DNA of 64,000 nt from Gammaproteobacteria bacterium. GTDB taxonomy: Bacteria > Pseudomonadota > Gammaproteobacteria > Eutrophobiales > Eutrophobiaceae. Positions within the stretch are counted from its first letter, which is position 1. Each line of letters begins with the position of its first letter. Shown piece after piece: positions 50,950 to 62,052 of this stretch. The notes beneath the pieces were generated by a model, which was given only the letters and a program-made list of their open reading frames with translations, was not told where the DNA came from and did no database searches. The stretch lies in NCBI GenBank assembly GCA_965243205.1, contig CBDEUK010000002.1, positions 1,920,001 through 1,984,000 of the forward strand, given 5' to 3'. Made by a program: the position numbers and the translations under genes.

Positions 50950-52074
50950 ATGTTTACATCTCTAACTAACATTTATAGTTCTACTGTTTATGCCATAGCA
51001 TGCTTTTTGCTGTTGGTATGTACTTTATTTTGCCCCAATTTGATTCATGCCCAAGAGGAATCTGTTCCAGTAGTTACCGCTTTTGTTAAAGTCGGTTCTG
51101 CATCTGAATTATTACCTTTGACTGGGACAGTGACTTCTCCTCGCGCTTCTGCGGTTTCTACTAAAGTTGAAGGCTATGTTGCTAAACTTTATGTAGAAGA
51201 AGGTGATGAAGTCAAGCAGGGTGATGTCTTGCTTGAGATTGATAAGGAACTTGCTGAAATTGAGTTGGAGCGATTACGAGCTGTTTTGAATGAAGCCGTT
51301 ACAAGAGATAATGAACTTAAACGTAAGCGCAAAGAAGCGAAAGATCTATTAACCAAACGACATATTTCTGAAACAACCTATAAAGCTGCTGATGCTGAAG
51401 TCAATATTAACTCAGCGGTTGTGCAACGATTACGCGTTGAATTAAAACGTCAGCAAGTGATTGTTGAACGACATATTGTCAAAGCACCATTTTCGGGTGT
51501 TATAACCGAGCGCTCTGTTGAGGTAGGACAATGGATTGAAACCAGTTCAGAGTTATTTCAACTCACGGAATTGAATGCTTTACGTATAGAGGTTCCAGTC
51601 CCACAGTTTTATTTTAATAAAATCCAAACAGGTACAAAAGTATCCGTTGTATATGACTCTATACCGGACAAACAATTTAATGCGGTAGTTGACATTAAAG
51701 TACCAGTTAATCAAGAAGCGACTCGAACGTTTCCTGTCATGATCAATGTAAGTAATGATCAAAAGTTACTCGCGCCAGGGATGTCGGCAAAAGTTTTATT
51801 TAACTTATCGGATGCGAATTCGAAAGAGAGTTTGTTGATACCGACAGATGCATTGATAAAGTTAATTGATGGTACAGAACAAGTTTGGCGCGTTATTAAA
51901 AATCAAGAATCAACAACCGTATCTCCTATTCCAATAACAACAGGAAAGACTCTTGGTGATCAAGTTCAAGTTATCCAAGGAGATTTAAAAGAAGGTGATG
52001 AAATAGTCATTCGTGGTAATGAATTACTGCGTCCAATGCAGTCTGTTTCAATCACTAAAACGGTGACTGATTAA
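50950..52074 (+). CDS. RND efflux periplasmic adaptor (MFP) subunit
   Basis: VEEGDEVKQGDVL, APFSGVI, TRTF, LAPGM, LKEGDEIVIRG. Confidence 0.93.
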   Translation: MFTSLTNIYSSTVYAIACFLLLVCTLFCPNLIHAQEESVPVVTAFVKVGSASELLPLTGTVTSPRASAVSTKVEGYVAKLYVEEGDEVKQGDVLLEIDKELAEIELERLRAVLNEAVTRDNELKRKRKEAKDLLTKRHISETTYKAADAEVNINSAVVQRLRVELKRQQVIVERHIVKAPFSGVITERSVEVGQWIETSSELFQLTELNALRIEVPVPQFYFNKIQTGTKVSVVYDSIPDKQFNAVVDIKVPVNQEATRTFPVMINVSNDQKLLAPGMSAKVLFNLSDANSKESLLIPTDALIKLIDGTEQVWRVIKNQESTTVSPIPITTGKTLGDQVQVIQGDLKEGDEIVIRGNELLRPMQSVSITKTVTD

Positions 52075-52080
52075 ACTCTT

Positions 52081-55000
52081 ATGTTTCGGTTTGCCTTAGA
52101 AAAGCCGTTTATCATCACTGTAGCGATCTTAATTATTAGCATCTATGGTTTGATCGCAATTTTTCGTGTGCCAGTGCAAATGATTCCGGATTTAGATCCT
52201 AGAGTGATTTCTGTAAATACTTGGTGGCCTGGTGCAAGTCCACAAGATATTGAAAAAGAAATTCTTATTGAACAAGAAGAGTATCTAAGACGTATTCCAA
52301 GCGTTGAACGCATGACGTCAACATCCACCACCAGTACTGCCAGTATCGAACTGGAGTTTCCTCATGGTACCGATATCAATGAAGCATTAATACTGGTGAA
52401 TAATGCTTTATCGCAAGTACCTAACTATCCTGAAAATGTTGATGAACCACAAATCACCAGCAGTTCCTTCTCCAGTAATTCGTTTATGTACTTTGCAATA
52501 AAACCAATCGCTGGTAATCCAAATAATTATGACATGCGCACCATGCGTGATTTTATTGAAGACAATATTCAAACCGTTATTGAACGGGTACCTGGTGTGG
52601 ATTCAACCCGGGTTCGTGGCGGTGAAGAGCAACAAATAAAAATCTATGTCGATCCGCAAAAATTAGCACAGCGAAATTTAAATTTAATTGATGTTCGTAA
52701 TGCCATTCGTTCACGTAATCGAGATGTTTCGGGTGGTGATTTAGATAGTGGCAAACGTCGATATTTATTACGAACACGTGGACGTTTTGAATCTATCGAA
52801 TCAATTAATGATTTGGTAATTCAAAGACAAGGTGATGCCTTAATTCGATTACGAGATATTGGTTATATTGAAGAATCGATATCAGAAGTACGTGGTTATT
52901 CGTATTTAAATTCAGAACCAATTATTAATCTTTCAGTGAAAAGACAAATTGGATCAAATGTTATCCAGATAAAAGAAGATGTTGTTCATGAAGTTAAGAA
53001 TCTTAATGAAACATTTTTAAATAAAAAAGGACTGGATATGTTATTGATCTCGGAAGATGTTCGTTATGTACAAGATTCAGTAAAAATTGTTAGTCAAAAT
53101 CTTTTAATCGGTGCTGCTTTAGCAGTGATAGTGTTATATGTTTTTTTGCGATCAACTTCAGCAACATTGATTGGCGCATTAGGGATTCCTATTTGTACAG
53201 TGACAGCTTTTTTAGGTTTATTAATTACTGGGCGTACTATGAATGTTATTTCTATGGCTGGCGTTGCCTTTGCAATCGGCATGACTATGGATAATAGCAT
53301 TGTTGTATTAGAAAACATTTATAAACACTTAACGCAAGGCAAATCAAAATTCCAAGCGGCTTTAGATGGTGTTACAGAAGTTTGGCCAGCGATTTTAGCT
53401 TCTACGATGACAACAATTCTGGTTTTTCTACCGATTGTATTAATCAAAGAAGAAGCAGGACAATTATACTCAGATATCTCCATTGCAATATCAGCATCGA
53501 TTTTGATGTCGATGATTGTTGCAGTGACTGTTGTACCAATGGCAAGTCGTTATTTTTTACATCCAAATACTAAACCTCCATTTCGTTTTGGCTTATATCG
53601 GTTAGGGCAAGCATTTGGCAACATGATCCTTTATTTGGTTGATAAATTACTGAAAGGTTTTATTCGACAAATAATTTTGATCGCTGTGGTTTTGTCTGCT
53701 GCATTTTGGGTTTTAGAAAATTTAACACCTCAAGCTGAATATTTACCTGAAGGTGAAGAGAAAAAGATTTTTGCATTTGTATTTTCACCACCGGGTTATA
53801 ATTTAGAAGAGATGCGCCAGATGGCCGAACAAGGTAATAAACACTTTGGGCAATATTATATCGATGCAGAAAATGAATTTGATCCAGATACGCAAAAATA
53901 TCCTGTGGATTATGTGGTTTCTTTTTTAAGTTCGCGCAGTATTTTATTCATTGTTGAAACCAGTGATAGAAAATACTTAGACGCAATGACGGAAGATGCA
54001 TCTGAGTTTGTGAACAAATTTCCTGGTGTCATTTCGTTTGTATCACGTGGCAGTATCTTTGCTGGCAATGTGGGTGGTACTCGGAGTATCAATTTAGATA
54101 TTAGCGGTATAGAACTAGAAGAGTTATTCGATACTGGATTGAAAGCATTTTTAAAATCGAAACAAATTTTTGAAAACCCCAGAGTCAGACCTCAACCTTC
54201 TTCTCTGTCTTTAGGTCAACCTATGGTAGAGATTTATCCTAACTGGGAGCGTGCGGCTGAACTTGGAATTAATGCAAATGATCTGGGGTATATGATTTGG
54301 GCGTATTCTGATGGTGCCTTTGTAGATGAATATTATAAAGGTGATAAAAAAATTGATATGTATTTATATTCTACTGAAGGCAACGTTGATTCGCCCGATG
54401 ATTTACAACATTTACTATTATATTCGGATCGAGGTGGAATCATTCCATTAAGTGAGATAGCAAATATTAAAAGTACCGTTAATACTGAAAATATTCGTCG
54501 AGTTGATAATAAACGTACTATTACTTTATCGATTATCCCTCCACGTGACATCCCTTTAGAGCAAGGTGTGGAGATAGTGAAGCGTGATTTGATTGATGCA
54601 ATGATGAATTCAGGTGATTTATCCGATGATATATCAATGACCATTAGCGGCGCGAGTGATCGTTTGCACTCCACACAAAAAGCGTTACAAGGAAATTTTT
54701 TGGTTGCGATCGTTATTTCATATTTGATTATGGCCGCTATCTTTTCTCATTGGGGATATCCATTATTAATTTTAACAACGGTTCCGATTGGTATTAGCGG
54801 TGGAATTGTGGGTATATGGTTGTTGAATGTAATAGGTGGTCAGCTAGATCAATTTGGATTGCAAAATATATTTCAACCGTTTGATATGATCACGATGTTA
54901 GGTTTTCTAGTCTTGATCGGAACGGTTGTTAATAATCCTATTTTATTAGTTGAACGAGCTATGGTTAATTTACATAAACGCTCAATGGATATACATAATG

Positions 55001-55257
55001 CTATTTTAGAAGCTACTCAATCAAGATTACGTCCTATTTTAATGTCAATGATTACAACAATATTTGGTTTATCTCCATTGGTATTGAATCCAGGAGAAGG
55101 TACAGAGTTGTATCGAGGATTAGGAGCAATTGTTTTATTTGGTTTATTTTTTTCTACCATCATTACATTAACCTTTATGCCTTGCCTATTATCATTAGTG
55201 CTTAAAATACAAAGTACGATCAAAAATATTTTTACTGTTAAACAAACAACCAATTAG
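52081..55257 (+). CDS. RND efflux permease (AcrB/CzcA superfamily)
   Basis: 1058 aa; WPGASPQDIE, GMTMDNSIVVLENI, GTVVNNPIL, RLRPILM. Confidence 0.95.
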   Translation: MFRFALEKPFIITVAILIISIYGLIAIFRVPVQMIPDLDPRVISVNTWWPGASPQDIEKEILIEQEEYLRRIPSVERMTSTSTTSTASIELEFPHGTDINEALILVNNALSQVPNYPENVDEPQITSSSFSSNSFMYFAIKPIAGNPNNYDMRTMRDFIEDNIQTVIERVPGVDSTRVRGGEEQQIKIYVDPQKLAQRNLNLIDVRNAIRSRNRDVSGGDLDSGKRRYLLRTRGRFESIESINDLVIQRQGDALIRLRDIGYIEESISEVRGYSYLNSEPIINLSVKRQIGSNVIQIKEDVVHEVKNLNETFLNKKGLDMLLISEDVRYVQDSVKIVSQNLLIGAALAVIVLYVFLRSTSATLIGALGIPICTVTAFLGLLITGRTMNVISMAGVAFAIGMTMDNSIVVLENIYKHLTQGKSKFQAALDGVTEVWPAILASTMTTILVFLPIVLIKEEAGQLYSDISIAISASILMSMIVAVTVVPMASRYFLHPNTKPPFRFGLYRLGQAFGNMILYLVDKLLKGFIRQIILIAVVLSAAFWVLENLTPQAEYLPEGEEKKIFAFVFSPPGYNLEEMRQMAEQGNKHFGQYYIDAENEFDPDTQKYPVDYVVSFLSSRSILFIVETSDRKYLDAMTEDASEFVNKFPGVISFVSRGSIFAGNVGGTRSINLDISGIELEELFDTGLKAFLKSKQIFENPRVRPQPSSLSLGQPMVEIYPNWERAAELGINANDLGYMIWAYSDGAFVDEYYKGDKKIDMYLYSTEGNVDSPDDLQHLLLYSDRGGIIPLSEIANIKSTVNTENIRRVDNKRTITLSIIPPRDIPLEQGVEIVKRDLIDAMMNSGDLSDDISMTISGASDRLHSTQKALQGNFLVAIVISYLIMAAIFSHWGYPLLILTTVPIGISGGIVGIWLLNVIGGQLDQFGLQNIFQPFDMITMLGFLVLIGTVVNNPILLVERAMVNLHKRSMDIHNAILEATQSRLRPILMSMITTIFGLSPLVLNPGEGTELYRGLGAIVLFGLFFSTIITLTFMPCLLSLVLKIQSTIKNIFTVKQTTN

Positions 55258-55269
55258 TTTGTTTTTATC

Positions 55270-56418
55270 ATGTCGATACCACTATCGCTTTATATTCATT
55301 TACCTTGGTGTGTAAAAAAATGTCCGTACTGTGATTTTAATTCGCATACATTCAATAATTTTGAGCAACAAGAAAAAAATTATATTGATGCTCTTATCAA
55401 AGATATGGAATTCGAATCATTAAGAATTCAAGGTAGAGAGATACAAACAATTTTTTTTGGTGGAGGAACCCCATCATTATTTTCTGTTTCAGGAATAAAA
55501 AATATATTAGATGCTGTAAAGAAATATTTTACGGTTTCTCAAAATGTAGAAATAACCTTAGAAGCGAATCCTGGAACGGTTGAAGCTGAAAAATTTAAAG
55601 GGTTTTATCAAGCGGGTGTTAATCGTTTATCAATTGGGGTGCAAAGTTTTTCTGATAAAAAGCTTTCTGCTCTAGGTAGAATACATAATTCAACTGAAGC
55701 AGAAAAAGCAATTGATATAGCAATTAATTCAGGGTTTAGTAATTTTAATATTGATTTGATGTATGGTTTACCTAATCAGACACATGAAGAATCATTACAT
55801 GATTTACTAAAAGCTATTGAGTATCAACCTTCACACATTAGTTGGTATGAGTTAACTATAGAACCGAATACTGTTTTCTACAGTAAACCACCTAAGTTAC
55901 CGGATGATTCCAAAGTTTGGGATATGCATTTAGCGGGTAAGGAAATATTAGAAAAAGCAGGTTATAAACAATATGAAGTTTCTGCTTATGGAAAAATACA
56001 GTGTCAGCATAATATTAACTATTGGCAGTTTGGGGACTACCTAGGATTAGGGGCAGGTGCTCACGGTAAATTAACAAATTTACAAACCATGCAAGTGGAA
56101 CGTTTTGCACGTGTAAAATTACCACAAAGTTATATCGATAAGTCTGCTTCAAGCACGATGATTGCAGAACATCGAGTGTTAACTGAATCTGATTTAGTGT
56201 TTGAGTTTATGTTGAATGCTTTTCGTCTGAGTGATGGTTTTGAACTAAGACTGTTCGAGCAATGCACGGGTTTAAATAAAGATAGGGTTTCTTCTCAATT
56301 GCAAATAGCAGAACAAAATAACTGGATAATTAATGAGGACGGCTTAGTCAAAACAACATTGTTAGGTAAACAATATCTGAATGAGGTTATCGGTTTATTT
56401 TTGAATGAGAATGTTTAA
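55270..56418 (+). CDS. hemW: Radical SAM heme chaperone
   Basis: LYIHLPWCVKKCPYCDFNSH, GGGTPS, EANP, HNINYW, GLGAGAHG. Confidence 0.95.
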   Translation: MSIPLSLYIHLPWCVKKCPYCDFNSHTFNNFEQQEKNYIDALIKDMEFESLRIQGREIQTIFFGGGTPSLFSVSGIKNILDAVKKYFTVSQNVEITLEANPGTVEAEKFKGFYQAGVNRLSIGVQSFSDKKLSALGRIHNSTEAEKAIDIAINSGFSNFNIDLMYGLPNQTHEESLHDLLKAIEYQPSHISWYELTIEPNTVFYSKPPKLPDDSKVWDMHLAGKEILEKAGYKQYEVSAYGKIQCQHNINYWQFGDYLGLGAGAHGKLTNLQTMQVERFARVKLPQSYIDKSASSTMIAEHRVLTESDLVFEFMLNAFRLSDGFELRLFEQCTGLNKDRVSSQLQIAEQNNWIINEDGLVKTTLLGKQYLNEVIGLFLNENV

Positions 56419-56419
56419 G

Positions 56420-56441
56420 AAAAAAGGGGAGCTAGCTCCCC
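56420..56441 (-). terminator. Intrinsic terminator for the 56498-56893 gene
   Basis: Minus strand GGGGAG-CTAG-CTCCCC-TTTTTT. Confidence 0.75.
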
Positions 56442-56497
56442 CCCAGTGGGCTTACCTATTTTTTAATTGTTATTGATCCACGTACGACTTGGGCATC

Positions 56498-56893
56498 TTA
56501 GGAAGATTGTCGTACGTCTAGGTAATCGCAAGATCGCAAAATAGTTTGCAGATCAAATTTAGATTTCACAGGTAGCCAAATACCTATTTCAAAACCATCG
56601 GTTTTACGTAATGCTGAAACTACATATGCGTTATAAGAATGCACAGAGTCTGGTAGCGGAAAACCAACGGAAATTCGTTTGCCTAGGTATAACTCTGATT
56701 TGGTTTTAAAGCTTAAACCTAGCCCATCACCTGGGAATTCCTCCATTCCAAGGATTTCTGAAACGCTGTCATAGTGGTATGTCACCTGTTCATGATTGTG
56801 TTTCAAAATAAGCCAAGGACCATTGTCGATGGATTCATATTCTGTGTATTTAACAGGGACTTGTTGAAGTATTTTTTGTTCTACTGCAAGCAT
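56498..56893 (-). CDS. Hypothetical protein, possibly a degenerate PilZ-like barrel
   Basis: GAGG SD. GLSFKTKSELYLGKRISV...AYVV...FEIGI resembles PilZ strands, but RxxxR and DxSxxG are absent. Confidence 0.6.
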   Translation of the reverse strand: MLAVEQKILQQVPVKYTEYESIDNGPWLILKHNHEQVTYHYDSVSEILGMEEFPGDGLGLSFKTKSELYLGKRISVGFPLPDSVHSYNAYVVSALRKTDGFEIGIWLPVKSKFDLQTILRSCDYLDVRQSS

Positions 56894-57158
56894 AGCTACT
56901 TACCTCTTTATGGATTCCGTAAGGAATAAACAAAATTGATAGTTGAACTATAAAGAGCAAAATATAAAAAATCAATAAAAACATACAATTATAAGTTATA
57001 TTTAAACTAAAATATCATATAATTATATTAATTAAACATTATAAATTATTGATTTTATTATATATATAATATTTTTGTTATTTTCTCACGGATGTACATC
57101 GGTGTATTACAATAGCCCCCCTAAATACTTGGATACTGATTGTCTAAGGAGCTATTGA

Positions 57159-59867
57159 ATGAAAATTCTGTTTGGAGTTCTTGGGTTAATTTTTGGCGCG
57201 GGCCTGGATGATGAGACGGGAGCTTTTTTTGGCTTAGCAATAGGCATACTTGCTGGAGCCTTAATTCAATACCGAGACAAGATAAATCATCTGGAAAAAT
57301 CTTTGGGTGTATTGCAAACCAGAGTTAATTTGCTGCAATCTGAAACCACAGTCAAGAAAGAATCTGTGGTAGAAGAAACTACGGAACCTGAGATTGATGT
57401 GGTGGACTCAGGATGGGATGAGCAGCCAAAGGATATCTTGCCGGATCCAAATTTTGTCCCTGCAAATCAGATCACTACAAAGACCGAAGAAGCCAATACA
57501 ATTGAATCATCCGTAAAGTCATCACAAGACATTTCACTTACTGATAAAGTTTTTAGCCATATAAAAGAATTTTTTACCACCGGTAATATTGTGGTGAAGA
57601 TAGCGATTATTATTTTATTTTTCGGTGTCTCGTTTCTAATCAAATACGCATCGGAAAATAATTTATTACCTATAGAGTTAAGGTTGTTAGGTGTTGCAGT
57701 ATTTGGCGCGGTTTTATTGGCAATCGGATGGAGACTGCGTTTAAAGAACAGTCTATATGCATTAGTTGTACAAGGTGGTGCAATTGGTTTGTTATATCTA
57801 ACCACATATAGCGCTGGCCGTTACGAAATCATCCCTGCCCTGTTAGCTTTTGCTATATTATTTTTCCTAGTTATCTTCGCTTGTTTTTTGGCGGTTAAGC
57901 AAGAATCAAAATCCTTGGCACAATTCGCTACCATTGGTGGTTTCCTGGCGCCGATACTTACCTCAACAGGTAGCGGTAGTCATGTTGAATTATTTACTTA
58001 TTATGCAATTTTAAATCTAGGAATTTTTATCGTTGCTTGGTTTAAATCATGGCGTAGTTTAAATTGGATTGGCTTTGTTTTTACATTTGTGATCGCATCA
58101 CTTTGGGGTTTTAAATATTACAATGCAGAATATTTCAATACTACACAGCCTTTCTTAATTTTATTTTTTGTTTTTTATGTAGCGATATCGATTTTATTTT
58201 CCGTACGCCAACCACCAAAATTAAAAGGGATCGTCGATGGTTCATTAGTGTTTGGTGTTCCTTTAGTGGGTTTTGCTTTACAAAGCCGTTTAGTAGAGAA
58301 CTTTGAATATGGACATGCATGGTCTGCGTTTATTATTGGCATGGGATATTTTTTACTAAATCGATTCATCAATATCAAAAAGGTAACTAACCTAAATTCA
58401 TTGAATGAGGCATTTTTAGCGTTAGCAATTATATTTTTAACCTTAACGATACCTTTTACAGTCGACGGAAACTGGACTGCTGCTGCTTGGGCATTGGAAG
58501 GTGCTGGTATTTTGTGGATGGGACTTAAGCAAAATCAAAAGCTCGCCAAATGGTTCGGTTTAGGTTTACAGATAATGGCCGCAATTATGTTTTTCATAAG
58601 AAATGAAAGTACCTTATCACAAGAAATTTTCTTGGATAGTTTCTATATAGGTTCAGTGATGATCAGTATTGCAGCTTTATTTTCCTCTTATCATTACTCG
58701 ATAAAAGAAAAAGAATTAACGAATTTAGAATTGTCTTTGCCTAAAATTTTATTTTACTGGGGATTGTTATGGTGGTTAGGAATTCATCTATATAAAATCG
58801 ATCACCTTTTAACTAATGACATTGGTATTAATATATTAATATTGTTTGTAACGCTTAGCTTTTTATTGCTTGCATTCATAGGTCAATCTTTAAATTGGAA
58901 ATTCCCTGAAAAAAACGCCGTTATTGTGTTGCCAGTTATTATATTATTTACGTTGGTTAGATATACAGATCATTATAGTCTAATTCCATTTGATAATTAT
59001 GGTTGGTTAAGCTTGCCTGTGTGCATTGCGACTTCATATTTGTTTTTATATAGAAATAGTTTGATTTGGGAAAGTAATTTAGTAAAGATTTATCATGCAT
59101 TGAGTTTATATTTAATAGTATTTTTATTGACTTGGTTTATAGATGGTTTATGTGCACGAATATTTACGCAATATAATTTATTTTCTTATTTAGTTTGGGG
59201 AATTGTTCCAGCTATTTGCGTATTAGCGTTAATCAATATTCGCAATGTTAATCTATGGCCTATCAAAAATTATCCTAACAGTTATTTATCAGACGGATTA
59301 ATACCTGTGTTTGGATTTTTATCAATATGGTGTATAGCAGCATCGAGTCAAATATCATCAACTAAATTATTTGCATATTTACCTATAATGAATTTACAAG
59401 ATATATCAATATTTTTTGTAATTGCTGTAATGTTATATTGGATTTATTTATGGAGTAATGAAAAATTAGAAAAAATAAATTTTATTAATAAAGCTTTAGC
59501 TTATTTAGTAATAATATTTATAAGTTTTGTTTGGCTAAATTCAATGATTGCACACTCCGTACATTATTATGCAGGAGTTGATTATAATTTGTTGACGATG
59601 CTTGGTTCTGATATTTATCAGTCATCAGTATCTATTGTTTGGACCTTGACGGCTTTTATCATAATGACCTTTTCTTCAAAACAACAATTGAGAAAACTCT
59701 GGTTTGTTGGGGCTACAATTTTAGGTTTGGTAATATTAAAATTATTTGTCATTGACATGAATGATTCCGGCACACTTACTAGAATTGTTTCTTTTATCGG
59801 TGTGGCTGTATTGATGTTGGTGTTAAGTTATTTTTCACCAACACCGCCTAAATTAGATAAGGCATGA
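57159..59867 (+). CDS. DUF2339 family polytopic membrane protein
   Basis: GNIVVKIAIIILFFGV, QGGAIG, GGFLAPIL, AWALEGAG, KLFVID...RIVSFIGV. Confidence 0.9.
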   Translation: MKILFGVLGLIFGAGLDDETGAFFGLAIGILAGALIQYRDKINHLEKSLGVLQTRVNLLQSETTVKKESVVEETTEPEIDVVDSGWDEQPKDILPDPNFVPANQITTKTEEANTIESSVKSSQDISLTDKVFSHIKEFFTTGNIVVKIAIIILFFGVSFLIKYASENNLLPIELRLLGVAVFGAVLLAIGWRLRLKNSLYALVVQGGAIGLLYLTTYSAGRYEIIPALLAFAILFFLVIFACFLAVKQESKSLAQFATIGGFLAPILTSTGSGSHVELFTYYAILNLGIFIVAWFKSWRSLNWIGFVFTFVIASLWGFKYYNAEYFNTTQPFLILFFVFYVAISILFSVRQPPKLKGIVDGSLVFGVPLVGFALQSRLVENFEYGHAWSAFIIGMGYFLLNRFINIKKVTNLNSLNEAFLALAIIFLTLTIPFTVDGNWTAAAWALEGAGILWMGLKQNQKLAKWFGLGLQIMAAIMFFIRNESTLSQEIFLDSFYIGSVMISIAALFSSYHYSIKEKELTNLELSLPKILFYWGLLWWLGIHLYKIDHLLTNDIGINILILFVTLSFLLLAFIGQSLNWKFPEKNAVIVLPVIILFTLVRYTDHYSLIPFDNYGWLSLPVCIATSYLFLYRNSLIWESNLVKIYHALSLYLIVFLLTWFIDGLCARIFTQYNLFSYLVWGIVPAICVLALINIRNVNLWPIKNYPNSYLSDGLIPVFGFLSIWCIAASSQISSTKLFAYLPIMNLQDISIFFVIAVMLYWIYLWSNEKLEKINFINKALAYLVIIFISFVWLNSMIAHSVHYYAGVDYNLLTMLGSDIYQSSVSIVWTLTAFIIMTFSSKQQLRKLWFVGATILGLVILKLFVIDMNDSGTLTRIVSFIGVAVLMLVLSYFSPTPPKLDKA

Positions 59868-60406
59868 ATAAGATAGAGACAGAGATTGTAGAATGGATAA
59901 ATAATGTTGTTATTAATTTGGCATTATGTCCTTTTGCAAAAAAGCCATTTACAGAACAACGTGTCAGAATTCATGTAACGATTGTGGAATCTGATGAGGA
60001 AATATTAGAACAGCTACAATCAGAATTATTATATATCGATAACAATGATAATGTAGAGACTACCTTACTTGTGATAGAAAATTATCTACAAGATTTTTAT
60101 GACTTTAATCAATTTTTAGATTTAGTCGATTTACTATTAGAACAAGAACAATGGATAGGTAAATATCAGATTGCGACATTTCATCCAAATTACCAATTTG
60201 CTAATACTGAACCAGAGGATAATGAAAATTTAACCAACCGTTCGCCTTATCCTATCCTGCATATTTTATCAGAAAAAAGTATGGCTAAAAATTTGCAATC
60301 TTATAGTAATCCCGAGCTAATTCCTCAAAAAAATATTGAGAAGATGAATACATTAACTCAACAACAAAAAAACCAATACTTCGAATATTTATTCAATAAT
60401 AACTGA
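59864..60406 (+). CDS. DUF1415 family protein
   Basis: LALCPFA, QIATFHPNYQF, NLTNRSPYPILHI. Confidence 0.9.
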   Translation: MNKIETEIVEWINNVVINLALCPFAKKPFTEQRVRIHVTIVESDEEILEQLQSELLYIDNNDNVETTLLVIENYLQDFYDFNQFLDLVDLLLEQEQWIGKYQIATFHPNYQFANTEPEDNENLTNRSPYPILHILSEKSMAKNLQSYSNPELIPQKNIEKMNTLTQQQKNQYFEYLFNNN

Positions 60407-60480
60407 ATTATTCTAATTAACAGATTGTCTTAGATGTTTTAACATTGAATTATTAATATTATCCAGGAAGAGGCTCTGGC

Positions 60481-62049
60481 ATGTTAGCTACTTTAAAATC
60501 GATTCCAATAAAACAATTACACATCCTATTTAACTTATTAATTTTATTATTCGTTTCAGCTTGTTCAACCAATCCAGTCACAGGTAAAAACGAATTAAGT
60601 TTATTGGGTGAGAGTTGGGAGTTAAATGTTGGCAAAGAACAATATAGTCCAACTCGACAATCTCAAGGTGGTGATTATGTAGTCGATCCTCAAGTTGAAG
60701 CTTATGTGAATCAAGTAGGACAAAAATTAGCAGCGGTAAGTGATCGTAAATTACCTTATGAATTCAATGTCATTAATAGCTCTGTTCCTAATGCCTGGGC
60801 TTTACCAGGTGGAAAAATTTCTATTAACCGTGGTTTATTAGTTGAGATGCAAAGTGAAGCTGAGCTCGCAGCGGTATTAGGTCATGAGATTGTTCATGCG
60901 GCGGCTCGTCATGGCGCACAAGGTGCACAACGAGGCATGTTATTACAAGGTGGGATCTTGGCTGCGAGCATTGCAACGGCGGGATCACAATACGCGAACT
61001 TAGCGCAGATAGGAGCTTCTATTGGTGCGCAGTTGATCAATACGAAATATGGTCGTGATGCAGAACGTGAGTCTGATCATTATGGTATGACCTATATGAG
61101 TCGAGCAGGTTATGATCCTCAGGGAGCTGTTGATTTACAAAAGACGTTTGTAAAACTTTCAGAAGGCAGACGACAAGACTTCCTCTCGGGTTTATTTGCA
61201 AGTCACCCTCCTTCACAGGAACGGGTTGAAAATAATACACAAGATGCAGCTAATTTGCCTACTGGCGGTGTTGTTGGTAAATCAGAATACCAACAAAAAC
61301 TAGCAACTTTATTTAAAACCAAACCCGCTTACGATGCTTATGATGAAGCTCAAAAAGCATTAACGGATGGAAATAACTCAAAGGCAAAATCATTAGCGCA
61401 AAAAGCGATCAAGCTAGAACCTCGTGAAGGCCATTTCCATTCATTGATGGGTGATATTGAACAAAAAAATAATAAATTACAGACAGCAAGAACACATTAT
61501 GATAAAGCAATTAGTTTAAACAATAATTTCTTTTACTATTTTTTACAAAATGGTTTAGTGAGTGAAAGATTAGGCGATCAAGCTGCTGCAAAACGTTATC
61601 TAGATCGAAGTCTACAATTATTACCAACTGCAAATGCATACAACTCTCTTGGAAATATCGCTAGAGCACAAGGCCAGATTAATTCGGCTAAACAGTATTA
61701 TTCGAAAGCGGCAGGCCAAAAAAATGAAGCAGGACAAGCTGCGTTTGGATCATTAGTTGAGTTAGACTTACCAACAAACCCAGGTAAGTATCTTCAAACA
61801 AGATATGGTGTTGCTAAAAATGGCCAATTACAGATTCAAGTAAATAATGCAACACCACGTAACGTTCGCAATATTGTTGTTGCGGTTCAGTATGTTGATG
61901 TCAATGGTAAATTAAGAAATATTCAACAAAAACTTTCTGGTGGTTTAGCTGCGGGTAAGAGTCAAGTCATCAATACGAATGTTCGTGTCAATACGGAATA
62001 TGCATCTCGCACACGTGTTGCAGTTGTTGCGGCTGCTTTAGCAAATTAA
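60481..62049 (+). CDS. M48 metalloprotease lipoprotein with TPR repeats (BepA-like)
   Basis: Lipobox VSAC, NPVTG, NAWALPGG, GHEIVH, ERESD, SHP, followed by TPR helices. Confidence 0.9.
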   Translation: MLATLKSIPIKQLHILFNLLILLFVSACSTNPVTGKNELSLLGESWELNVGKEQYSPTRQSQGGDYVVDPQVEAYVNQVGQKLAAVSDRKLPYEFNVINSSVPNAWALPGGKISINRGLLVEMQSEAELAAVLGHEIVHAAARHGAQGAQRGMLLQGGILAASIATAGSQYANLAQIGASIGAQLINTKYGRDAERESDHYGMTYMSRAGYDPQGAVDLQKTFVKLSEGRRQDFLSGLFASHPPSQERVENNTQDAANLPTGGVVGKSEYQQKLATLFKTKPAYDAYDEAQKALTDGNNSKAKSLAQKAIKLEPREGHFHSLMGDIEQKNNKLQTARTHYDKAISLNNNFFYYFLQNGLVSERLGDQAAAKRYLDRSLQLLPTANAYNSLGNIARAQGQINSAKQYYSKAAGQKNEAGQAAFGSLVELDLPTNPGKYLQTRYGVAKNGQLQIQVNNATPRNVRNIVVAVQYVDVNGKLRNIQQKLSGGLAAGKSQVINTNVRVNTEYASRTRVAVVAAALAN

Positions 62050-62052
62050 TAT

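Noticed and set aside
45687-55253. Numerous short antisense or alternate-frame ORFs inside pepA, valS and the RND genes
   Set aside because: They are shadow ORFs of long conserved genes with no independent support.
50950-55257. RND pair without an outer-membrane factor as a novel system
   Set aside because: Two-gene RND loci that use a TolC encoded elsewhere are common.
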